Assembly (NCBI RefSeq): GCF_006345805.1
Contig: NC_043010.1
Location: 66,092,001-66,156,000 of the forward strand
Length of the DNA stretch: 64,000 bases
DNA from: Octopus sinensis
Taxonomy: Eukaryota
Reading direction: 5' to 3'
The position numbers and the translations under genes were made by a program. Of the stretch, positions 1 through 11,800 are shown one piece after another; the stretch's first letter is position 1; the number at the start of each line of letters is the position of its first letter. Under the pieces are notes generated by a model, which saw only the letters and a list, made by a program, of their open reading frames with translations, had not been told where the DNA came from and did not search any database.

Positions 1-332
1 CTGGCACTTGTGCCAGTGGCACGTGAAAAAACATTCAAGCGAGGGCATTGCCAGTGCCGCTGGACTGGCTCCTGTGCAGGTGGCACATAAAAACCACCGT
101 TTGAGTGTAGCCGTTGCCAGTACCATCTGACTGGCCTACATGCCGGTGGCATGTAAAAGCACCCACTACACTCTCGGAGTGGTTGGCATTAGGAAGGGCA
201 TCCAGCTGTAGAAACTCTGCCAGATCAGATTGGAGCCTGGTGCAGCCATCTGGTTCGCCAGTCCTCAGACAAATCGTCCAACCCATGCTAGCATGGAAAG
301 CAGATGTTAAGCGATGATGATGATGATGATGA
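1..332 (+). mobile_element. (GAT)n-tailed retroposon family B (3' part)
   Basis: gtggttggcattaggaagggcatccagctgtagaaa...aacccatgctagcatggaaag...gttaa(GAT)n, preceded by gtgccggtggcac subrepeats. Confidence 0.85.
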
Positions 333-770
333 TAAACTGTATGAATTTCAAAAATCAACTTACAGTAATTTATAATCTTTTAATCCATATTGTAGGTTTC
401 ATTATTAATCCTTTTTATTATCATATTTTTATTAAAATACACATTTTTCTTTTCACTTAATTCCAAAAATAATGAAGAATACAGAGAAATAATTTTCTCA
501 TTATCAAGCTGATTATTATTTCATTATTAATGAAATTTTGATGGGAGGTTTTAATTTAGACTTCAAAACAGAGTTTGTATCATAGAACCAGGAGCAGTTT
601 CAAGCAGGTTGGTATCAAAAGGGTTCAATACATGGCAGAATAAGCTATGGATATTGTGGTACCTTGGGAGTATCATTATGCCAATAATAATAAACACAAA
701 CACTGGTTCAATATCACTTCCTTATTGTTAGTCAATTGGTTAAATATTTAATTGACTAATTAGTCAATTA

Positions 771-1087
771 CTCTTTTACTCTTTTACTGGTTTCAGTCAT
801 CTGACTGCGGCCATGCTGGAGCACCGCCTTTAATCGAGCAACTCGACCCTGGGACCTATTCTTTTGTAAGCCCAGTACTTATTCTATCAGTCTCTTTTGC
901 CGAACCGCTAAGTAACGGGGACATAAACACACCAGCATCGGTTGTCAAGCAATGCTAGGGGGACAAACACAGACACAAAGACACACACATACATATATAT
1001 ATATATACATATATACGACAGGCTTCTTTCAGTTTCCGTCTGAAACAAGTAAGTAAACAAGCTACTTACCACACAGCCACTCCTGCG
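771..1087 (-). mobile_element. tRNA-derived SINE family A (internally deleted)
   Basis: Family consensus: ggagtggctgtgtggtaag (A box) ..gggttcagtccc (B box) ..(TA)n(TG)n.. gactgaaacaagtaaaagag tail. Confidence 0.85.
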
Positions 1088-1297
1088 TTTGTTTAATGTG
1101 TGGCTCATGCAATCAGTCATTTGTTTGTCAAAATTCTTTTGTCATTATTCTTGACCCCATCAATGACATGTCTCCTCTCTTCAAGATATGACTTTTTCTC
1201 TTAATCTTTAATCATTAATAATTCACTCATTTGATAACTATATTTTTTTTTAATTATTGGTACGTGATAATGACTGTAATTTTTTGCTTTATTTCAG

Positions 1298-1313
1298 ATG
1301 AAAAAAAAACAAT
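1298..1313 (+). CDS. Candidate 16-nt microexon (ATG AAA AAA AAA CAA T)
   Basis: tttttgctttatttcag|ATGAAAAAAAAACAAT|gtaagta; strong splice sites, phase fits the next exon. Confidence 0.55.
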
Positions 1314-1368
1314 GTAAGTACGGAACTTTTAAAAATAAGTGATATATATCTCTGTGTGTGTGCATGTT

Positions 1369-1407
<39 letters not shown>

Positions 1408-2930
1408 GTTTATTTGTTTCAGTCATTTGACTGTGGCCATGCTGGAGTACCGCCTTTTTAGTTGAACAAATCAACCCTGGGACTTATTTTTTGTAAACCT
1501 AGTGCTTATTCTATCGGTCTCTTTTGCCAAACCACTAGGTTACGGGGACATAAACACACCAACATCAGTCATCAAGTGATGGTGGGGGGACAAACACAGA
1601 CACACAAACACAAACACACACACAAATACAACAGGCTTCTTTCAGTTTCTTTTTTTCCATATATATAGATATATATATATATATATATATATGATCGCTC
1701 AATCCACAAGTTTTTTTATTCTCTCTCTGTTTATTTTCTCTTATTCCTTTCTGTTGAAGAGCATAGGCTCGAAACATAAAAGACTTTCTCACTTTGCTGG
1801 GCATCAGACTAATGCACCCGCTTGTTGTTTATCCACCTGTCTTCGTCTTTTGTTTTCCTGTAAATTTCAACTATATATCTATATCTATATATATATATAT
1901 ATATATATACAGATAAAGGGTGAAATATAATTAATTTAATAAAATCAATAAATTTCACCTAGTAGTATTTCAGTATGTGAGTTACAAATACTGTTGTTTG
2001 TGGAGACTTATTTTTGTAGTAAAAGAAATAGTAGCCCTTTGACTGCTATTTCTAATATTTTCGGTATGTGGTTTAAGCAACTTGTTGCAAAAAACCCTTA
2101 TTATTATAATTATATATATATATTGTATAAAGGATCGTGGGTAAGGCTAGAACAGTGTGAAGTAAATGCAAGGCAAATCACAAGAAAGGAAATATGTGAA
2201 TTAATGCAGACTTACCTTGTATTCAATATTTCGGGGTTATGACCCCGTTTTCATGAAATTAATGAGTGTTGCTGATGTGCGTGTGTGTGAGTATGTGTGG
2301 AGTGGACATGTGCGGAAAGGTGTTGCTATAGCAACCAGCTAGCTTCCTGTAACTCTCTTCTATTGTTGATCTTAGGTTGATCACACATATTTGTGATTGT
2401 GTATGCACCTGAGGGTCTGAATGTACAGATGCATTTCCTGTGTATACGTCTCATCTAAAATACTCATAAAACAGTAAAGCTTCTATGTTGACTACTTTGC
2501 AGTTGAGCCCTTCACAAAGAAGTTCTTTGGAATCCCTTACCATTATCCACCAATGCTGAAGCTCTGTGAAAGTGAACTGACCAATGCACGGAAATGCCTT
2601 AAGAAAGTGTTTTTGGGTGACAGTGAAGTAAGTTTCAAATCCACAAAAGCAGAGGAAGGCCCACCCCCAAGGCAAAGTGAGTACCCACTATATTAAGCTT
2701 GTTTTCACATCTATGTGTATCTATGAGTGTGCACGTGCGTGCGTGCATTTGTGTGTGTGTGTGTATATAAGTGTGTGTGTGTGTGTGTGTCTGTGTATAA
2801 GTGTGTGTGTGTATATATAAGTGTGTGTGTGTGTATATAAGTGTGTGTGTGTATATAAGTGTGTGTGTGTGTGTATATATAAGTGTGTGTGTATATAAGT
2901 GTGTGTGTATATAAGTGTGTGTGTATATAA

Positions 2931-2961
<31 letters not shown>

Positions 2962-5900
2962 AGTGTGTATACACAAACCACTGCATCGTGTATACTCAGT
3001 TTTTCTCTCAACTCATTTCAGCTCTGACATTCATTATCATCATTATCATCATTGTCATCATCGTCATCATCATCATCACCACTTCACATCCATCTTCCAT
3101 GCAGACATGGGTCGAACAGCTTGACAGGAGGAGCCAGCAAGCCAGAGGGACTGTACCAAGCTCTACTATCTGCTTTGATATAGTTTCCTTGGCTGCGTGC
3201 CCTTCCTAACACCAACCACACTAACGTTACACATCCATCAGGGCAGGTCCCTTCATTTCCTCAGATTTTGCACATCTGCTGCACCCAGTATCCACGTTAT
3301 GCCACCAAGTAACATTACACTTCATACACAAGCATCATGCAATTTGCCCTTCAAGCAAAGAGAAAAATCTCTTTGTTGCTTGCAAAATACCCCATTCTTA
3401 TCCTGGCTACAATGCTTTCATAAGCATTGTAGGTGCAGGAGTGGCTGTGTGGTAAGTAGCTTGCTAACCAACCACATGGTTCCGGGTTCAGTCCCACTGC
3501 ATGGCATCTTGGGCAAGTGTCTTCTGCTATAGCCCCGGTGGGCCGACCAATGCCTTGTGAGTGGATTTGGTAGACGGAAACTGAAAGAAGCCTGTCGTAT
3601 ATATATATATATATGTGTGTGTGTTTGTGTGTCTGTGTTTGTACCCCTAGCATTGCTTGACAACCGATGCTGGTGTGTTTACGTCCCCGTAACTTAGCGG
3701 TTCGGCAAAAGAGACCGATAGAATAAGTACTGGGCTTACAAAGAATAAGTGCTGGGGTCGATTTGCTCGACTAAAGGCAGCGCTCCAGCATGGCCGCAGT
3801 CAAATGACTGAAACAAGTAAAAGAGTAAAGAGAGAGCAAAGAGTATAACACACACCTCCACTGCTGTTTAAGTCAGCAAAATAACAGAAGCTCTCAGCTA
3901 TATCCCTCAAGGTGCCTTCTGAGCATTTGGAAGAATTTATGTCTTGGCTACTTGTTTTTATGGAAACTTATAAAAAGTTTGTAAAAAAAAAAAATGAAAA
4001 AACGAGAAATGCCAGAAATGGATGTGTAAACTCGACTGTGGCTGTTTTTGAAATTATATGTTTGGGACAAATTTACTCCTTGCACTCTGAAAAAGACAAA
4101 TTGGGTGAAGACGAGTCAACTCGTCTTTTCCGGGTAAGGGCTTAAAAACCACTTTCTCTATCCCAACCATGGGGTGGTCACAGTTCCGGAACACCCTTTG
4201 ATTATAGTCTTTCTTCTTGGTCAAGGCTGACCAGGGCTAAACAACATCAACAACAACAGCAAGAAACACCACCGCCACCACCACCACCACCACTGCCAGC
4301 ACCTCCACCGCCACCGCCACCACCTCCACCACTACCACCACCTCTTCCTCCTCCACCACCAGCACCACCAGCACCACCAGCACCATTTCAACCATGTAAC
4401 CGCACAGGTGTGCTTCTCCTGGACTTTCTCCTTCTTGGTGCTTTTCCTTTCTCTTCTTTCCAACAAAGAGCTATGCTCGAAACATAACCCCCCCCCCCGC
4501 CTACACTGATCATCAAGCTAATACATTCCTATGTATATTCTTTTGTTATTTTATTTGTTATTTTTAATGTTCAGATTTTAATGTTTCATTTGACTACCTA
4601 GGGATAGGAGGGTGTAAGGGGAACTGGTTGCTTCTTTACACTTTTGGGGTGCAACTTGGGTGCAACACAATTTCCTTTCTTTTTGTTTCTAGTAACTACC
4701 AGTCAGGAACGAAACGCAAGTTTAGAAATATATACAATTCTTTATTCTCTTATTCAACAATGAAACACGATGGTATACTGGTATCCATTCTTACAACAAT
4801 TCAGCATTAATAGAACAGGTTAAATCCCAAGCGTCTGGGACAGGAGTATAAGCTGATCACACGTATGAAAATACGTCCTTTCTCTTCTATCGCCGTGTCT
4901 CAAGTTCCCGACGCTATTAAGGAACGCTATAGAATTTATTCTTCAGTCTCTAGCGCATGTGCATGAGGGAACTTCCTTATGCCTTTCCAGAAGGTTCCAG
5001 AAGGTTCCAACCCCGCACACGCACACTGAAGAAGGACGTCCGCACACGCACACTGAAGAATGACGTTGCATGTGTGCACACTGGAATATGACGTCACTAC
5101 AAGGGTATTAATGAGATGAAGGGCAAAAATCTCAAACCGTAAATGGACATCTAAAAGATTTCAAATGAACCCACCTCGAATGCACCTTGCTTGAGATTGA
5201 AAACTCACTCAAACTTTCCCATGAAAAGGAAAGGACAGAAAAGGAAGCCAGGGCTGTCAAAAACATTAAAGCATACCCTAAGGCCTTCTATAGATACGCG
5301 AAAAAATCTGCTTCAGTGCGTTACAAAATAGGACCACTACTATAGGAAAATGGCTCACCAACTGCGGACCCCCAGGGGATTAGTGAATTACTGAATGCAC
5401 AATACAAGAGTGCTCTCAGCATACCATTGGGGAAGCTACGAGTGAATGTGCTGGATAGGTTCTTTGACCCCAAAGACATGCATTGTGAAATGGCAACTAT
5501 TGATAACATCAACATAGAGGAAACTGATGTGATACCAGCCATTGAAGAGCTGAGCTTGAACTTGGAGATGGGCCCTGATGGATTCCCTGCAATCCTTCTA
5601 AAGAAATGTAAAAGAGCTCTAGCTAGACTGCTTCAAATCCTTTTCCAGGAGGCCCTCAGGATGGGCAAACTCCCCAAAAAACTAAAAGAGGTAATAATAT
5701 GCCCTATCCACAAAGGAGGAAGCAGGGCAGAGGCTAGGAATTATAGACCTGTCTCCCCGACCTCTCACGTCAGTAAAGTCATGGAGCACATTGTCAAGAA
5801 AAGACTGATTGAGTTCCTTGAGGACAATGACCTGCTTTCTGACACCTGACATGGCTTTCGCCTGGGAAGGAGCTGTCTTACACAGCTTCTGTGACACTAT

Positions 5901-7302
5901 GACTGGGTACTGAAGTAATTAATGAACTGCTCAAAGGTGGATGTGGTATAACTCGACTTTGCGAAGGCAGTTGACAAGGTCAGCCATGGAATGATATGCC
6001 ACAGAATACGGGGACTCAGCCAGAGAGTGGTTGCATGATTTCCTAAAGGACAGGAGCCAAACTGTAGCAGCCAAAGAAGCTCTCTCCACAGAGACACCAA
6101 TAGTGAGTGGAGTGCCCCAGGGCACTGTGCTGGGGCCACTGCTTTTCATGGTAGCCCTATTGGATATGCCATCAGTGACAGAGGCAACCATGCTGACCAG
6201 CTATGCCAATGACACAAAAGTCGCACAGTCAGTCAAGGAAACCTCTTATGCTTCGCTCTTACAGAAAGATCTAGATACCATCTATACATGGGCTGAGGAT
6301 AACAACATGCAATTTAATGCAAGTAAATTCCAGGCCCTCCACTACCAGTTAAGCACTACACAGGAATCATGACATCAGTATGTTGGACCAAGTGGAGAAA
6401 TGATCCCAGAATCAAATACGGTGCGTGATCTTGGAATAGAAATGAGCAACAATGCCTCATTTCACACACAAATCAACAAAATGGTAGCAGTATCCAGAAG
6501 ACTGGCCGGTTGGATTCTGAGAACCTTCCGGATAAGGGACCAAGACACTATGATGACACAATGGAAGTCCTTTATCCTCAGCCGACTGGAGTACTGCTCT
6601 CAGTTGCATGTAAACACTCTTTGGGATGGTGTGATCCATAACAGTTCACCTTGCTGTTGATTGTCGACCAATGTAGAGGATCTGTTGACTAAGTCACCTC
6701 CAGTTATCGGAGCAGACATAGCCTGGGTCTAAAGTGGGTTCTGGAGATATACTTTAAGAAAATCTGATGGGTGCCACATTCTCAGTGGCCTTCCAGCATG
6801 TCAGACACCAACCTGGAATTTCTAAGGAAACATTTTATTGCTAAATAGTGGTTAAACCTATACTAAAGTTCACTCACCCTTTTGACAGGTTTTTCAGTCC
6901 TGCTGGGTTTCTAGCAATCCTCCTCACCAGGCAAGCCTAGTGCAGGTACCAGTTTAGTCGCTGACAACCCAACCATGCAACAGGTTGTACTGGATTCTAT
7001 GTTACCAATTGAACTTCTGAGAAACCTCACAAGTGACCTGACACACAGTCATACCTGTGGGTAATTCCATTTTCACATTTACCCACTTCTTCCCTTCAGT
7101 CTTCTGATATTTTCATTGTATTTCGAAAGCTTATCCATCTTCATCTGTTTCAAATTTACAGGAAATAGTCGGCGGTTTTCTGATGGTTCCGTGAATGTCG
7201 AATTTAAACAGAACTTCTACAAAGAACTTGACAAACGGCTTAAGGATATGAACTTTGCGGTATGGGTTACATCTGCTGTTTGTATTTTAGCATTGTGTTT
7301 AT

Positions 7303-7345
<43 letters not shown>

Positions 7346-8300
7346 ACAAGCAGATACACACATGGACACAGACACAATGACACTGACACAGCCACACACA
7401 CTCACACATATACACACACATACTCACAATCACACACACACACATCCACACATGGACACAGACACAATGACACTGACACACACACTCACACATATACACA
7501 CACATACTCACAATCACACACACACACATCCACACATGGACACAATGACACTGACACAGCCACACACACTCACACACACACACATACTCACAATCACACA
7601 CACACACATCCACACATGGACACAATGACACTGACACAGCCACACACACTCACACTCACACACACACATACTCACAATCACACACACACACATCCACACA
7701 TGGACACAATGACACTGACACAGCCACACACACTCACACACACACACATACTCACAATCACACACACACACATCCACACATGGACACAATGACACTGACA
7801 CAGCCACACACACTCCACTCACACACACCATACTCACAATCACACACACACACATCCACACATGACACAATGACACTGACACAGCCACACACACTCACAC
7901 ACACACACATACTCACAATCACACACACACACATCCACACATGGACACAATGACACTAACACAGCCACACACACTCACACTCACACACACACATACTCAC
8001 AATCACACACACACACATCCACACATGGACACAATGACACTGACACAGCCACACACACTCACACATATACACACACATACTCACAATCACACACACACAC
8101 ATCCACACATGGACACAATGACACTGACACAGCCACCACACACTCACACACACACACACACACACACATACTCACAATCACACACACACACATCCACACA
8201 TGGACACAATGGCACTGACACAGCCACACACACTCACACATATACACACACATACTCTCAATCACACACGCACACATGCACATGCAAACTCACACATATG

Positions 8301-8331
<31 letters not shown>

Positions 8332-8768
8332 ACATACTCACTCACATAAACACACACACATACATCCACAGTCCAGTTGCCAGTCCAGAATCTCTTTAAC
8401 CTTTGACCCAGTCACATGATATGTCCCCCCCCCCTTCCCTACCCCCCTCATTCAGCTATTACCTAACTTTTCTTCAACGTGTAGATAGTCTGCTACCATC
8501 ATTTAATTTACTTGCTCTATTTGTTTCCTCCTCCTCCTCCTCCCGTACCTCTCACTGTAACTTTCCTCCCCCTCCTACTGTCACCTTCATTGTGATTCCC
8601 TTCCTACTGTCAACCTCACTGTGTCTGTGTGTGTGTGTGTGTCTGTGTGTGTGTCTGTGTGTGTGTGTGTGTGTGTCTGTGTGTCTGTGTGTCTGTGTGT
8701 GTCTGTGTGTGTGTGTGTCTGTGTCTGTGTGTGTCTGTGTCTGTGTGTGTTTGTGTGTGTGTGTGTGT

Positions 8769-8814
<46 letters not shown>

Positions 8815-11800
8815 TCTGTGTGTGCATGTGTGTGTATGTGTATACACAAAAGGGTGCTGAAAAGTTTGTGAAGGCCTGGTTGGAGGCCCACCCTTCCAAA
8901 TTCTTTTTATAGGGCTTAGAAAAACTGAAGGGCCACTGCAATAAGTGTGTGAACCTGAGAGGTGAATCTGTTGAATGGAATCATAATGAACTGATCCTCC
9001 TGCATTTTCTTTTACCCACAACCAGGAACCTTTCAGCACCCCCTAGTAGAGCCCCTAATGGGTCTTAATCTAGACTTACTGCAAATAAAGTATACAAAAT
9101 AGCATTGAGAGATGTTTTGTTATTCAAATGTAGCTTGTTGTCTTGTTTTCAGGATTCCCATACGCCATCACCAGAGTCCATCCACAACAACAACAACACA
9201 AATAACGATTTAGAGGTGTACGCCGATGTCGTTGATGTCCAGGTAGGTGGAATGGGTGGACTCCATCTGAGCTGATCAAGTTTTTTTGGAGTCTACCATT
9301 TTTTACTCTATACCTATTTCTTTACTACCCACAAGGGGCTAAACACAGAGGGGACAAACAAGGACAGACATAGGTATTAAGTCGATTACATCGACCCCAG
9401 TGTGTAATTGGTACTTAATTAATCGACCCCGAAAGGATGAAAGGCAAAGTCGACCTCAGCGGAATTTGAACTCAGAACGTAGCGACAGACGAAATACGGC
9501 TACGCATTTCGCCCGGCGTGCTAACATTTCTGCCAGCTCGCCACCCTTATTACTCTATACCACTGCCATCATCATCACTGCCACCACCACCACTACCATG
9601 ACCGATACCATTATCACTACTGCTACCATTTCCATCATTACTAACACCATCAACATCACCACTACCACCATCATTATTCAGAGACCCCCTTCGGTCATGA
9701 ATGACCATAGTATTGCACCTAGAAAGTTACCCTGCCAGGCATAAGTCTGGCAAGGTTGTTTATGGAAGACCAGCCATCGTCCATGCATGCCAGCCTCCTC
9801 TCTCCTCGCCACCAGTGTTATCCAAGGGAAAGGCAAAGGGGCCGATACAGCTTGGCACCTGTCACGTCGCAACTCATTTCTACAGCTGAGTAAACTGAAG
9901 CAACGTGAAATAAAATGTCTTGATCTGACAGAGGGGAGAAAATCAGGTGTAGTGTTGGCAAATCTCAGGAAGCATGGAAATTTTGAAGGATGCAGTGCTC
10001 CGACAACTAAAAACTGATGCCGGCAGTTTGTTCCATGCTTCAGCGACTCTCAACGTGAAAAAAATGTTTCTGAAAGTCATGGGATCTGTGCTGTTTTCTG
10101 ACTTTGTAGATATGTCCACGGGTGTTAGACAGGTGGAGTTTGGAAAGGTGCTCAGAGTTATTGTTAGTAAGATGGTTAATAATTTTATGGGTTTCTGCCA
10201 AGTCAGCTGCCAGACGTCGGAGTTTCAATGTGTCCATGCCCAGGGAAGTAAGGTGTTCAGAATATGGCAAATGCCTGATGGAGGGTATTCTTTTGGTTGC
10301 ATGTTGCTGAACGGCTTCCAGACGATTAATATCCTGGGCAAGATAGGGGTTCCAGACCAGTGATGCAAATTCCAGGTGAGGTCTTACCATAGCTATATAA
10401 AGCCACAGATAGATAGCTGGGGAGCAGCTCACAAAGATGAATGGCAGAATCAAAAGAAAAGGATGACCCTACTTTGATGTGTTCCTTAATGAGCCATGAA
10501 CTAATTTAGGATTTCCTTTCAGAAATGGAAGCCACACGAGCCATGGTATTTTCATACAGTTGACAAATCGAAAGAAGAACGGCTGCTGCGTAAAATCAGT
10601 CAGGTAAGTTGGCTAAATTAATTGTTTTAATGGGAAATCACAGCACAGCACAGCCATTACTTCCAAAACCACCATGAACAAATGAACTCATGAGCATGTT
10701 CACACACATGCACACACACACACACACACACACACTCATGTACATGTGCAAACACACATGCACATATTCACACATGTATGCATGCATATGTGCACACGTA
10801 CACACACACACTCACGTGCAAACACACACACATGTGCACGCATGCACACGTGCAAACACACACGTGCATATACACACACACACATATGCATGCACATGTG
10901 CACACATACACTTACACACACAGACATTCACGTGCAAACACACTTGCACACACACACACGTACACATAATGAACATGTGCACACACACACACACACTCAC
11001 ATATATTATCTTTTCTATTTTACTTGTTTTCAGTCATCACACTCTGGCCATGCTGGGGCACTGCCTGGAAAAGTTTTGGTCAGCTGAATCGACCCCAGTA
11101 CCTATGTTTTGTTAAGGCCTCATACTTATTCTGTTAGTCTCTTTTTGCCGAACTGCTAAGTTACAGACATACAAACACCAACACTGGTTGTCAAGCAGTG
11201 GTGGGGAGAGAAACACACACATATATGCACATAAGCGAGCGGGCCAACAGAAGAAAGAGTGAGAGAAAGTTGGGGCGAAAGAGTACAACAGGGGTCGCCA
11301 CCACCCCCTGCCAGAACCTCATGGAGCTTTTGGTGTTTTCACTCAATAAACGCACACAACGCCCGGTCTGGGAATTGAAACTGCGATCCTACGACTGCGA
11401 GTCTGCTGCCCTAACCACTGGGCTATTGCGCCTCCGCGCTTCTATACTACAATGCTTCAAGCAAACTTCAGCACTCTTCTTTAGTTTTGTTAATCCTACT
11501 TCCTACTTATTTTATATTCTATCTTATTCCAACAGGACGGAGCATTCCTCGTTCGGGACAGCAGGAGTTACAAACCTGACCAGCCGTTCACTCTGACCGT
11601 CTTTTATCATAATCGCCTGTTTTCCGTCAAGATTCGTCAGCTGCCCTCAGGACAGTTTGTATTAGGCGAGGAAAAACATGATCAAGTGGTAATTACAGGA
11701 AAATATTTTCATAATATTTCATTTTTGGATTTGGTTTGCAAGATTCTTGATATGAGTTCGTGTGTTGAAGCATATTCTGTTGTGTCTGGGGAGAGTCATT

